Shown here piece by piece: positions 38,671-52,030 of a stretch of 64,000 bases of DNA. This DNA comes from Camelus ferus (taxonomy: Eukaryota). The stretch spans positions 108,440,001 through 108,504,000 of the forward strand of contig NC_045696.1 in the NCBI RefSeq assembly GCF_009834535.1, in the 5' to 3' direction. The position numbers were made by a program, and so were the translations under genes. Positions within the stretch are counted from its first letter, which is position 1, and each line of letters starts with the position of its first letter. The notes below the pieces were generated by a model. It searched no databases and was not told the DNA's origin. It saw only the letters and a program-made list of their open reading frames with translations.

Positions 38671-39317
38671 GTTATACTCAGCCCTTCTAAAATCATTATA
38701 GTCCTACCTAAGCTGTTTTCATGGTATCATCATGGATGCTTGAGAAAGTTAGTCTTTGGAAAATAGAAACACCAGACCGATGTCTGGGTGGGGTTGGGAT
38801 CTCCCCGCAGGAGTCCTTATTCTCAATCCCTGGGAGACCAGAGGTCCTTGTGGGGAGCAGCTGGGCACAGTCACCTTCCCATGGAGAAGACACTTAATAA
38901 AAGCCCATTGGCTGGATTTGGAGATGGCATTTGTTATCTTTGAGCATGGGGACATTCATGTCTTGGGCACCAAGAGCTCCATGACCAAATGGGAAGTAGC
39001 CTTGCTCGTTGTCCATTGGCCTGACAACTTGGAAAAGAGCTCAACTTTATCTAAAATTCAGCCTGGAAGCTGATCCTTCTGGTAGCTGAAATGAAAATGG
39101 AGTACCCGTTGGAAAGGGCTGTCAGGAGTTTACATAAGCAAAGGAGGAACATGATTCTCATTTCTCAGACCAGCAAAGCGACACTGCATCCTCCCTCATG
39201 TCAGAAGAAGACTGGTGGGTTCCTGGTGACTTGGAGGTCAGCTCCACTCAGAAACCTGCTGGTAAAGAGAGGTCCCAGGTGGCGAGGGAAGGTGCTGGAT
39301 ATTTGAAAACACTGTAT

Positions 39318-39462
39318 AGGAACATACATACATTATTTTTTGTATTCTTTTTCACCATAAGTTACTACAAGATTTTGTGCTGTACACCAGAAATTGACAC
39401 AACATTGTAAACTGACTATACTTCAATAAAAATATATAATAAATACAAAAAAAAAAAGAAAA
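39318..39462 (+). mobile_element. ~145-bp camelid-type L1 insertion with 5' inversion and TSD
   Basis: 39321-39373 is antisense L1 3' UTR; from 39375 it is the sense terminal segment plus A-tail; TSD gaaaacactgtat (39305-39317) / gaaaacagtgtat (39463-39475). Confidence 0.85.
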
Positions 39463-39609
39463 GAAAACAGTGTATGAGTGAGGAACAGACTCACTTCCAC
39501 TTTTCTCTTCTCTCTTATGTGCCTTCTCCTCCTCCTTTGCCACCATCAACTCCTCTTCCTTCCTTCTCGCCCCCTTTTCTTCCTCTGCCTTGGCAACTCT
39601 GCTCTAAAT

Positions 39610-39797
39610 TGGTGGTCCTCACACTTTATGGAGCATCAGAACCACTTGGGAGCCTTATGAAAATGCAGATGGTGGGGCGCATCCCTCAGAGTGTCTAATC
39701 CATTGCTTCTGGGCTGAAACCCGAGAATTTGCATTTCTAACAAGTTCCCAGGTGCTGCTGCTGCCGGTCTGGGGTCCACCTTCGAGAAGCCCCACTC
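39610..39797. mobile_element. MER5A-like hAT MITE
   Basis: gtggtcctcacacttt...gcatcagaaccacttggg...gaatttgcatttctaacaagttcccaggtg. Confidence 0.82.
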
Positions 39798-42700
39798 TAC
39801 TGCTTCCTTCCCCACTACTCAACTTCTTACCGTGTTTCTCTATTTCTCTGCCTCTAACTCCTCTCTCTCCTTGTCTTTGTCTCTTCTTTCTGTCCTCGCT
39901 AATCTCTCTGTCTGCTGCTCTGAAGTCACTGATTTCGCTTTTTGTAACTTAGAATCAGGAGTGGGGAAGAGAAGCACCCTGCATCCCAGGCTGGAATTTT
40001 CTCTCTTCGCCTCTCTCTGATGCTCTTTGCAAGCTCTCATGCTAACGCCTCCCCGCCGGGGACCATGACACTCTGGAAGCCCAGGTCCTTCCATACGGCA
40101 GACCTGTGCCTCTGCTCTTTTCTCCCTCGGAGAATGCCTGGGAATCTTCAAAGACCACCACAGTCGGGGAAGAGATGAGAGAAACTGAATCCATTAAAAG
40201 GCGTAAAAGCTGACAGTTTCAGAAATAATGATCTGGCTTTCCTCTTATTTAAAACTACCCAGCTGCCCTGCTGCTTCCATTGCTGCTGCAACTGACACTC
40301 TGCTACGTTAGGAATTAAAAATACATAAGTGCTTTTTGAAAGAGCTGCTAATTTGAAGGTCATTAGCGGCCAAAAACATATTTCTTTTATTTATAAAAAA
40401 AGGCATGTAATAAAGCCATTAATAATTACTCTCCTCCTGAGCTCCGGCGTGCTGACTTGCTCGCTCAAGCTTAAGCTGCCTGCCTCACCTTGGCCCCCCA
40501 GCAATGTGTCCCCTGGTGGCCTCCCCTTCCTGACACCTGCCCTGTAGCTGACACCTGCCTGGTGACCTCCAGCACCCAGAGGAGCCTGGGACTCGCAGCC
40601 GACTGGGATGGATGTAAATTGCCATTAGAGTCAGTAAAATGGCCCTGTCTTCCAGGGAGAGGGCACTTCTGGCTGTTAAGCACTGATGGGTTCAGAGGCA
40701 CTTGCTTCTATAATGAGGATATTTGGGATAATTTCCCCTGTGAGCTTCAGCTCGTGTCCTCACTCACCCTGGTCTGTGTCACAGCAGCTACTGTGGCAGG
40801 CACGCCTCCCCCGGGGTGGCTGTGATGGCCCACAGTCCTGCTAGCACTTGGACCCGACTCCCTGCACGTCTGGAGGGAGCCCTCCACACCTCACCCAGCC
40901 CATCCCTCCCCCGCCCCAGGCTGGGATGGCCCTGACTTCACACTGCTGTCACCCACTGCACCCCAGGACTCTTTTTCTTAGTATGCACACCACTCTCCTG
41001 TTTCTCCATCCCCTTGTGGCTTCCAAGGAGCTGGCCCCACCCCACTGCCCCGCCTCCCAACTCCCTCTCCTCAGCTGTTTGTTTTATGAGGGAAATTACT
41101 AGAAGACCAGCCTGTCAGCAGCTTCCCTGCAAATCCGACTTGCAAAAGGAAAGGAGGGGGGTGGGGAGAGAAGCAGGGAGGTAGGGGAGGCGATGAGGCT
41201 GGGGGTTGTGGTTGCCATAGAAATATAGAAATGCAACTGACAACTGAGAAGCTCTTACAGAGCAAAGGAGAAGGAGGGGAGGGCGACGATCGATGGCAGT
41301 TTCATAACATGTGTTTGGAGGAAGGATGCTGTGGAGAGAGGGTCCCCACCTAGGAGTGCAGATCCTGCCAGAGGGCAGCGCTGGGATCCGAATGCAGTCA
41401 CCAGGCCTGGGGCGAGAAAAGCAAGCAACACAGGGTCTGCAGACAGGCAGCGATGCCTCGGAAACCGTCCAGATGCCCTCCATCTTCACCCGTCCGTGGG
41501 ATCACCCACCTTCTTGTGTGGACGAGTTGGAGCCCTGTTGGCGGCCAGGGGACCTTGGGATTCCTTCTAAAATCCTGAGCTGTGGCAAAGGAAATGTAGT
41601 GGTGCACTCTGCCTTAACTTCGTTTTTTCCCCTGAGATTTATTCCTTCATTATAAATTTTTTTTTTTAAAAAGTCATTTTGGGCTTGCTTAACCAATTTT
41701 CTCTCACTGCTCTTATTTCTTCTAATTACATGTGTGAGGCAACCGATTATGCCTGCTGCTCTTCGCAGGCTGGTATAAGAAGAGAAGTCAGTCTTTGGGA
41801 GCCCTCGGTAACGGCCCCCAGGGGCTCAGAGGCTGCTGAGGTGGGCTGATGGCTCCGAGAGCCGGGGCGAGGAGCACGCAGCATCTTCGTCACTGGGACT
41901 ATCCCCATCACGGCCAGTGACGGAAGACCTTTCCAGTGAGGGTGTCGGCAGCTGGGGGCCAAGTTCGCGAGCTGACCTCTCTCTGGAGCACATCTGTCAC
42001 TCCGTGTGTGTCTGGAAATGGCCACCCTGTCTATCTCCTGCCAGATCTGTCACCCAGGAGGCCACACCTTCATAGGTCAGCCTCCCCTGCCCTCCTTCCT
42101 GACTCCTGTCTCCCAGCAGCACCTCTCACATCACTTTCCTCGACTCCCCTATCAGACTGTGAGTGCCATCAGGGCAAAGACGGTACCTGGCACTTAGAGA
42201 GATTCAGTAAAGAGGTGTGAGTCCATGAATGCATGAATACATAAACAAACACATATATATTTTTACCTCTTACAGACTCTGAGTCTTCACTGCCACCACC
42301 CTCTCCGAGTCACCCGCTTGGATGCCTCCACTTTCCCCCGACCCCTAGTTCGTTGCCTGGAGAAGTCGCAACATTCGCCCTAATCCCTAAGGAGACGGAG
42401 TCCAAGGTGGCCGACGGCCCCCTTTCCTGGTGCTTTAGTCCAGGACCATGATCATTTTAACACTGGGGATGAGTTATCTATTTTTTACCGCTCGCAGTAA
42501 CATTCTGAGCAATGTGCTTTGTCTCCATCTTTCTGTGCTGTTGGTGATGAGAAGCAGGGTTCAAGTACAGTAAGATTCCCCTGAAACCCACTTTCAAGAA
42601 CGACTATAAGAGACACTGGTGATAATTCCCTGGCAAGGAGGACCAGACAGTCTCAGGATTATGATTTAGTCGGTGGGGCTTTTGCGAGGATTTTGGATTC

Positions 42701-42812
42701 CTGAACTTTGTCACAGCCTCCATGACTCCAGCCGCTGCCCCTCCAACCACCTGAGGCAGGCTGAGTCCAGGTTGGCCTGACTCCAGGGCAGGAGCTCTTA
42801 ACCACTGGTTAG

Positions 42813-43036
42813 ACCAGATTCGGCAAATTAAGATCTGTCTACCACATGTAGCCCACCACCTTGCTTTGTAAATAAAGTTTTACTGGGACACAGCCACACC
42901 TATTGATCTAAACACCATCTATGACCATTTCCACGCTACAATGGCAGAGTCGCATAGTTGTGAAAGGTAACACACGGCTCACAAGTCTAAAATATTTACT
43001 CTCAGGCCCTTCACAGAAAAGTTCTACCATCCCCTG
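42813..43036. mobile_element. MER58A-like hAT MITE
   Basis: tttgtaaataaagttttactgggacacagccacacc...ctaaaatatttactctcaggcccttcacagaaaagtt. Confidence 0.85.
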
Positions 43037-43724
43037 GATTATATCTGCTGTACTAGGTTCTAGAAGAGATGGTGGATCTCTTGCTCTCTGGCTATCCAGA
43101 GACTCAGAACCACAAACAGTTAACTAAGTCTCAGTGCTACATAACAGTTTTCAAATAAGACCAAAGGAATGATGTTCATTCAGATGAAATCAGCTGTACA
43201 GTTAGGCCCCCTGGGCCAGACAAGTTAATGCCTGGCAAACTGCCCTCTCTGTGAAACATCCCAGCAGGAGCTGAGCCCCATGGTGGGGAAAAAAAAAAAA
43301 ACAATAAAAAAATTGTTAATTGTTAAATTGGATGTCAGAGAAAATATCTTTCAAAGTTGTAGTAGGCAGTTTGCATTTGGAAAACATCGGACTGTGAGTA
43401 AGGCTGGAGGTCACCCACAGGCAAAGGGGCCCTTCCCCCAGCAGGCAAGGCGGGTGTGAGGCTTGGTGCCATCTGCTCTGTTCAGCAGGGACACCCTTCA
43501 CCAGGTGCCCTGCTCAGCTGCTGCATTTCCCTTTAGTGGAAGCACAAATAAAACCACGTACACAGGGTGGTGTAAGCATGGCTCTCAAAAGCAGGAGTAA
43601 AGGTGGCCCAACCTTGAGCCTGCGGTGAAGTCATTTCAAGAAGAATCAGTGGAATCAATGAGTATTGTTGGTCCTTTGGTTTCCTTGGTTGGAGGCAACT
43701 GATGGCAAAGGTGCATGGATTCCA

Positions 43725-44100
43725 TTATTAGTTCACTTATTCAACAGATTTGCTGTGTGAGGACTGTGCCCCAGGCCTGCAGATTCAGCATGAATGAGAC
43801 ATGCTCCCCAGTTTGGCCACGCTCCCGGTCTGGGAGGGTGGGATGCAGACACAGAAACAGACCATCACTATACAGAGAGTGAACATTACCATGGTGAGAA
43901 GCACAGAGAGCTGAGGGGCCCCAGAGGAGAAGCAGGCGACCAGGTGGGAGGACCCCGGGATGCCTTTAAGTGGAGCTGAGACTCCAAGCACAGCCAGGAA
44001 GCAGCCAGGTGAGAAGAGGTGGGTCAGGGCATTGCTCCAGCTTGGAATTCCAGGGCAAGGAGCAGGGCTATTGGGTATCGGGGAAAATGAGTGTCACAGG
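43725..44100 (-). mobile_element. L2 3' fragment
   Basis: ttcacttattcaacagatttgctg...ctgtgccccaggc...gaatgagacatgctccc. Confidence 0.55.
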
Positions 44101-44169
44101 AGGCGCCAGAGCAGGGTGTGGGAAAGCTGGAAAAAAAAAAAAATGAGGAGGATTCCTAGATTTACAAAC

Positions 44170-44462
44170 TTCCATTTTTCAAGTCCTTCCTTTAAGATTT
44201 TTTTGCCATACTCACATATGAAATGTACTGCCATTTAGTTACTATTTCTTCTTAAAACCAAGACATGGTTTTACTTGAATACATTTATTTTAAGAGAAAA
44301 CTTTATGATATGTGTGAAATAATGGAGAATGTGTTTCACGTACTAGATATATTTTTCTCTAGTATACATTAAAATAAATATATAACTATTAGGATTTTAA
44401 AGAATTTGGACACGTGCATCCTAAAACCCTCTTGCCCATTGGTGCACTGTGGGAAATCCAGT
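44170..44462. mobile_element. Probable hAT-Charlie DNA transposon fragment
   Basis: AT-rich body ending cactgtgggaaatccag, like a Charlie terminus; family not identified. Confidence 0.35.
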
Positions 44463-44949
44463 AGGCTGACCCCTGAGGATGGTGTTTTGGTCACAAAAAA
44501 AAAAATCTCTGAAGAGTTATTAGCTGATTCATATTGATGGATAGGCCTAGAAATTGGGTTTTAATCCAAAGAAGAGATTCAGTTTAGCACCAGGATGGAT
44601 GGGCCCCTGGTCTGTGAGAGCAGGCAATGTGCTTAAGCAACATATTTAAGAAGTTTCCAAAATCCAACCCCTAGTCCAGAATGACAGGCAGCTTGGGAAC
44701 CCACCCAGGAGCAAAGCCAAGCTCAGTTCCAACTTCAGCAAACATTCCAGGTAAAGGGCAGAAATGATTAAGATGACAGAGACACGCACCTGAGAGGTTT
44801 GCAAAACCCCCACATCCGCAGAGGTAAAGGATTGACCTTATCAGAGGCAAGGAGACTTTTTGTAGACAATCTCAGGCACTGATTTGCTTTCTATTTTTAG
44901 ATCATGTTCCCAAATCTCTAGCAGCAAAATAAACTGACTGATACCAGGT

Positions 44950-45130
44950 AACATTCACTGGAGCTCCCCTAAGAACCAGGAGCTAGACTGTGTCACTTGC
45001 AAGGGGCCTTCCGTTCCACCCCCTTGCAAAAACCTCGTAGAGTGGCTGATAGTACCCCCATTTTACAGACACAAAGCCTCGGAGGGTAAGTCCCCCGCGC
45101 TGGGTGACAGGACTGGGATGGCCAGGAGGA
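44950..45130 (-). mobile_element. MIR remnant
   Basis: cccccattttacagacacaaagcctcggagggtaag. Confidence 0.55.
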
Positions 45131-46824
45131 ATTCCGGAAAGACTTCTAGCTCAGCTGGCCGCGTGCTGGGCGATTCCGAGCGTGCTGCAGGCAGATAACC
45201 TGGGTGCCGTTCCTGCCTCTTCACTGTGATCTAGAACGAGCCGTTTGAACCTGAGCCTTACTAGTCAATTCTCTTTCAAAGTCGGTCTAATAATACCAGT
45301 TGTATAAATACTTGGTGTGCTTGGCTTATAGCAAGTGCTCAGAAAAAAAAAAAAAAGCAATTGCTATTACCAATTATATGATTGAATGTGTGATTTATTT
45401 ATTTTTTGAACTTCTCAAACGGCCATAATTCCGGCCTCACCCCAGGAATAATGCCTCTAATTAGCTGATGGAAAGACTCACTTTAAATCCTAAATGTAGA
45501 CTACTCCCAGCTCTTACTCAGACCAAAACCTGCTATGGGAGCCTTAATCAGCTTATCTGCCTCTTGAAAAATCTCTTGGCTGTGGTCAGAGATGTGGAGA
45601 TGTCTGTGGCCACACGGGAAGTCCAACTGGCGTGCCAAACCCCACTGATCTTAAGTGTTGGGCATCCGTGTGCTCTATCTCCAGACCTCTAATGCATGCT
45701 CGAGAAGGGGGCTGGGCTGTTATCCAGCCCTACCACCCCAGCAGCAAGAGGAAACTCAGTCAACACACAAGCTTAGCCACCCAGCAGAAGGTAGGCTAAC
45801 CGCTCAGATTTGGAAGCAGTGTGTTCTGTTCGTACAGCTGAGACATAGGAAGCTTTCTGAGGAGATCTTCATTGCTTTCCCATGACCCTGATGTGGGCAG
45901 AGAGAGCCCCATGCTCACATGTCACCACTCACCTGCTCATTCAACAAATGCCACCGCACCTGCACAGGGAGAGATCGCTGTGCACAGTCAGGACCTGTGT
46001 CCCGTGGTAGTAAAGCCCCTTGGCAAACAGCCCAGCCTCCACACCCAGTCTGGCTGATTCCCTCCTGTGTGAATGCTGGCGAAGGCCACAGTTGAGGAAT
46101 CTGGTGACCTGCCCAAACACATCCCAAGTCTGAGTGGAAAAACCAAGTGTCCTCCCCGATCTGTCTGACCTGTCCCCCTGGCCCGTCTGCCGAGGGGTGG
46201 CGCTGCCTCCTACCTCCCCTTGTTCGTGTGGTGTGTCATCGTCAGAGACCTGCCAGCGGCCTTTCTCTCCCTGTGGCTGAAGCCTTGGTCCCCAAGCAGG
46301 CTTCTTTCTTCCCTGCTGAGCTGTGATTTACCCTTTACACAGTTCAAAAGGCTGTGCTAACTCTATGACTCCATGGTACCTACCCAGCACTCGGCAAAGC
46401 CCTCAGAGCCAGCAGCAGCCTCATGCATGCTGTTGAATGAGTGGAGTCCTGCTTTGCTACTATGAGGCACTGCTCCCCATCTCCTACTCCAGTTCCTGGG
46501 AGTCTGAGGTCCTGACCCTGGGCCCTGCCCTATGGATAAGACTCTAACCCTGAGACATAGATATCCCACTCCCACTGTCTGCCAGTTGGTCCATTCATTA
46601 GGATGTCTGTGAACTTGCCCTGGACTTCCCTACGTGCCAGGGTAACCTCCCGTAGCCTCTCGCTTACCATCCCAGCTGAGCCTGTTCCCCTGGGCGCCCC
46701 CTCCATCCTCTGTGGCTGAGCTCTCTTATCCAGTGCCCAGAGGTTGTCTATTTCTTGACCCCAACGCACTCAGACTGCTCCTTCTTTCTGGCCTCAGTCT
46801 CCCTGGGCCTGGCCATGCCCTCCC

Positions 46825-47230
46825 CTCCATAAATATTTATTAGATATGGACCCTAAGCAGGGTGCTGGAGACACGCAGATGAATATGATCCAGTCCCTGT
46901 CCTCGGGGAGCTCAGAGACTGGAGGGTGAGCCCGCTGGATTGAATATGATGGAAATGAAGACAATTGTTTAGGTGACTGACTATGCATATGGGGACATCC
47001 TCATAAGACCCGTGACATTTAAGCAGGGGCCTGGTGAGCTCACAGGCGGGGGAGCGGAAGGCATCCTAGAACAGGGACAGCCAGGGGTGCAGAAACAGAG
47101 GCAGAAAGGGCATGGCAGGCAGCAGGTGTATGGTGGGAAGTTGGGCTGGAGAGGTGGGCATGGGCCTCCCCGCCAGGATCAAGAATTTGGACTTTCTCCC
47201 ATTGATGGTGGGCAGTGGCCACTGGGGTAT
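46825..47230 (-). mobile_element. L2 3' fragment
   Basis: aaatatttattagat...gggtgctggagacacgcagatgaata...tccctgtcctcggggagctcaga...gaatttggactttctcc. Confidence 0.65.
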
Positions 47231-47599
47231 TTGAGTGGGAGAGAAGCCTTGGAAGCTTCAGTGCATTTCTTACCAGATCCTCTCTCACCGTCTGATCATC
47301 CCTCTCATCAGAAATGGGCATGCCTGCCATGCGGCTCTGGCATCGTGACGCGAGGAACATGGGTTCAACCATTGCTCCTGGGTGGTGTGCATAAGAGGCT
47401 GTGGGAACCACGTGATCAGATGGCGAGGAGGTGGGAAGGTGAACTCGGGTCCTGCTGGAACATCTGTCAGTCCTCATTTAATTCACTCTCCAAATTGAAG
47501 TAGGGTGGCTGCATCTTCAGCCACAGCCCCCGTCCTGCTGCACCCCTCGCCTTCTTGGGGCCTCGCCCTCTTCATGAGCCCCCTTCTTTTCTCTCCCCA

Positions 47600-48920
47600 T
47601 GGACTCTTTTTCATCAGCTTTTAGACACGCTCAAGTCTTTCCCACTGAAAAGTAACAACCAAAAGGAGCCTCGTCCCGCTACTTCCTTATTTTCTTCTCC
47701 TGTTTGAAGTCGAGTTTCTTGAAAGATTTTGATAGGCTCTCTTTCCTCAGCCCTGCCAGCATATTCTGCCACCACCTCTGCTGCAGCCGCCTTACCGAGG
47801 TCGCCATGTCCTCCTGCCGCCAAGCCCATGGGCATTTTTCAGTCCTCGCCTCGTATGGCCCCCTTGGCATCCCTGGACACTGGGGCCACTGTTCTCCCCT
47901 GAACGGCTTTCCTTTGGCTTCACAGACACAGCACGCCCCTGGCTGTTCCTCATCCCCTACAGCGACTCTCTCCAGACCCCTCTAGGAGCCACCCTTTGTC
48001 AGGGCATCTTTTAAACACAGCTGTTCTCAGGGCTCTGTGCGCACCCCCCTCTCTCCCCGCTCTCACACTCTCACGGGGGAGACTCTTCCACTCCTGTGGC
48101 TTTAATGACCATCTAGAAAAGAGGATGGCTCCCAAATCTGTATCATCAGCCCGGATCTCTTTGCTAAACAATGAGCTCCTATGTCCAATGGCCCATGGGC
48201 AACTCAGATGTATATTGTTACCCTCCCCCAACTTCTTCCTCCTTTTGGTTCTTTTTTCAGTGAATGATATCAAAACCCACTTCACTGTCCAAGCCAGAAA
48301 CATCCTCACTCCTCCCCCACTCACCCCTCACACCCAAACCACCTCCACCTTCTGCTGATCTTACCTCCTTCGTATTTCTTGAACTGGTTCACTTTTCTCC
48401 ATCTCCGCCGCTACTTCACACCCTCACCCAGGCCACCATCTCTTGACTACATCGTTTTATACCAGCCTCCTAATGATGAGGCTCCCAGAATTGAGTCTAG
48501 TTCCTCCACTCTTTTTTCCATTTTGTGACCAGAGTGATTTACAGAAAATCTAATTCCTTTGTTCCAAGCCACTTTCCACCAATTGCATTCAACATAATAC
48601 CCGGATTCCTCATGCCATATAAGACCCTTCATGATCTAGCCCCTGCCTCCCCTGAAGGCATCCAAATCCAGCATTTTATTCCCCAGCCTTGCTGAACAGC
48701 TTGCAATCCCACAGACATGCCACCTTTTGAACTTTTGTTCCTGCTGCTTCCTCCTCCTGCAATACTAATTCCACCATTAACATCTCCCCCTTCCCAATCT
48801 GATAAATCCTTTCACTCCCTGGGTTCCAGTTTAGCAGACCCCACTCAGGAATGCCTTCCTTGACCCCCTAGGACAATGGCAGTGCCCTTCTCTGGGTTCT
48901 CACAGCCATGTTTGTTTATT
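47600..48920 (+). mobile_element. Long decayed L2 fragment
   Basis: Pyrimidine-rich L2-like tract (ctcctgtggctttaatgaccatcta, ccaggccaccatctcttgactac, aagacccttcatgatctagccc, aggaatgccttccttgacc). Confidence 0.7.
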
Positions 48921-50664
48921 TCCCCATTGAAGTTATTTACAAAGTTGAGTTCTGCCATAAAGATGGCAGCTGGGACTTGTCATTATGTTGTGTGTCAGAA
49001 AGCCATTTCCAGAGTGACACTGGTTCAACATGAATTTAAAGATCAGAAAAGGAAACTGAAGTCTGATTGGAGTGACAAGAAACTCTCTCCTTTAGGAGAA
49101 CAGCATAGCATGGGTCAGAGTCTCAGCAGCATAGAAGTGGCTTATTTGCCCATCATTTTCTGTTTTCTTATTTCAGCTTATTCTACCCTGATGAATGGGT
49201 GGCTACAAGAAATCTCGGAGTGATGGTGGCTTTAGAAAGGTAAAACAATTCTTAGAATAAAGTCGTAGTGTACAGGGGATGGCAGAAGACACAAATGAAG
49301 TTAGCAAAGTTTCCCTGGCCAGCGGAGCCTTGTCCATCCTCTCTACTCAGCCAGACCTCGTCCTGGTGGGACAGGAGCCTGGTTCTGCTTTCAGAGGGAT
49401 GAGCCATGCTTCACTGCCCTTCCAACTTGCCTCTACTGTACCAGGCATGGTGCCGCTTCCATTTCTGCATCTCGGGAACTTTGCAGTGACTGACACTCAG
49501 TGGGAGGCTGCTTTCTCAGGCTGGTTCTCTGGGGAAGTTTGTGACATTGAATTAAAGATGCAGATGGGGTTGAAAAGGAGTGTGTTAAACTTCATGAAAC
49601 TAAAATTAGAATAGCCTACAATTGATTGCAGTTAAGAGTAAGTGAGAGAAAGTCCCACTAAATACCTAGGAAGGGATTAATTCCTTTAAAAGCATGTTGT
49701 TTGAGGTCATGGACCCCTGTAGGTGACATTTGACATGTTAAACTTTCTCAACTCAAACTTTTTTGAATCACCAAATATGTACGGAGCACCTTCCTTCTGT
49801 TAGGCAACGTGTTGGGTGCTGGGTACAGGGGTGAATGGAAAGTGCCCTGTGTCCACTTGTCCACTCTCACTCTGGGGATCACTGGAAGGCTCAGTCTGGG
49901 AACGCTGTGTGCCAGTCATGACTAGCAGCAGTGTGGCACCCATCAAGGGCTGATGATGACAAGGTCAGCCCAAGAGGGATGCAAGTGTCACGGGAAAGGA
50001 GAGGGGGGCCCTTCTTTTCTCTCAGTTGTCTACTACTGTCCGTGGATCTGTCCAGCCCACCTACCCTGAAGAGGGGGCTGCAGAACACACTGTCCCCTAC
50101 CCTCACCCCTAACATCAGGGCTGGTCCTCTCTGAGAGGGATTGAGAGTTTGTTCCCAGACTTCTGTGTACCTGTTCTGTTCTCATATAGAAATTACTAGT
50201 CTCAAAAGATTCCCTGATGGTGAATAATTTGCTGTCTGACCTCAGTCAACTTGAATGACCGTCCAGTGTGATCCAGACACCCCTCCTCTGTTTGATAACC
50301 ATTCTGTGCCCTCAGCAATTCCCCTCTACGTCCACCTGCCCCCAGCCCCGTTGATATTTTGGACAATACAAAGCCCCTGGCTACTTCTGAAAATGACCCT
50401 GTGCCTTCTTTCTGAGCTTCAAGGTGTGGCAGTGAATGCAGGGCTCACTCTGACAGGGATCTTAAGTGTCCCTTGAACCTTCCTGGTAGCAGTGAACCCT
50501 GCCTGGTGATACCCCACCATGGCTGTATGTCTCCCTCGCTTCACTTTCTGGGGAACTAATCATGCTGAGCCAATTGGTGCCAGAGCCATTGCTGTTTCAG
50601 AAAGGATAATGAAGTTCCCAGGCCAGCCTGGCTTTCTTAGAACAAAACACAGCTGTTAGAATCT

Positions 50665-51085
50665 TTGTTCTATTGTTTTGTATGGGGTCTTTAGGGTTTT
50701 CTATACATAGTATCATCTTATCTGCAAATGGTGACAATTTTACCTCTTCCCTTCCAATCTGGATCCCTTTTATTTCTTTTTCTTGACTGATTGCTATGGC
50801 TAGGACTTCCAACACTATGTTGAATAGAAGTGGTGAGAGTGGGCATCCTTGTCTTGTTCCAGATTTTAGTGGGAAGGCTTTCAACTTTTCCCCATTGAGT
50901 ATTATGTTGGCTGTGGGTTTGTCATTATAGCTTTTATTATGTTGAGGTTTGTACCCTCTATATGCACTTTGGTAAGAGTTTTTATCATGAATGGATGTTG
51001 AATTCTATCAGATGCTTTCTCTGCATCTATGGAGATGATCACGTGGGATTTGACCTTTCTGTTGCTGATGTGGGTGTTAACTGAT
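50665..51085 (-). mobile_element. Isolated internal L1 ORF2 (reverse transcriptase) fragment, low divergence
   Basis: [24 protein letters not shown] and [64 protein letters not shown] in ORFs 50902-51102 and 50597-50884. Confidence 0.92.
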
Positions 51086-52030
51086 ACTTTGTAGATTCTC
51101 ATCCTCCCACCTGATGTCTCACTCTCCCCTCCTCAGTATTCCTGGAGTCCCAGACCACAACCTTCACTGGTTTATGTTCACTTCACACATGGGTGGTCAA
51201 GAGTAACTTCTAATCCTCATTTGATTTCAATTATCCTAGGGGTTCTCAGTATGAGCCCAATGACCTGGCTCTACACGTAACTTTGGGTAGGGCAGGGTAC
51301 AGGGAGGTGGGAAGAGGCCTATAATTGTAGTAGTTGGTGTTCTTATTCAATATCTAAGAACTTCAGTGGTTTTCAGATGATGCAGTAAACACATGCTCTG
51401 TAGATTCATCCTTCATTCCTATCTTTGAGTATTAGAGATGGGCAGGGAGAGGGCATAGGGAGATGAGTTATAATCTCCACATCTTTCCCACAAATCACCT
51501 CCATTCCCATAATCCCTGACCCCAGAACATTAATTAAGCATCTCCCACCTGCCTCCTATGTTGCCTCCACCCCTAGTGACCCTGAGTGACTGCAGGTGTG
51601 CCTGGCAGAGGCCCCCAGTGAGCCATCCCCTGGGCTGCACAGCACGGCCATAGACTCCTTCTCTTTAGCCTGGCTGTCAGGGCCATGAGCCACTGACCAC
51701 TGTGCAAAGTGTGTTTTTAAGAAAGGATCTGAATTAGAATTAATTATCTGCCAGATGATGAGGCAGCATGTCTAACTGGAATTCAGGGGACTGGGGTCTT
51801 GCTGTCAGTAGCCTTTTCCCCAGGGAGCTCTTTTGACAGTGTGAGTAAAGCTCCCTGGGGCCAAAGTGCCAGTGGGCACAGACACCTTGTGCAGGAGACC
51901 AGCCTCTCCCATCCTTCATGCCCAAGAGTATGAGGGTTCCTTCCTCTCTTCCTGGGTATCTCCAGAACCTCGATGCCTATCATCCCGAGTCAGGGCTTTA
52001 TGTCTATCAGGAAGGTAGGTGAGTGCAGAG

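Noticed and set aside
46973..47503. Overlapping 176-aa (+) and 145-aa (-) ORFs
   Set aside because: Largely within a decayed L2 in GC-rich DNA; no homology I can recognise.
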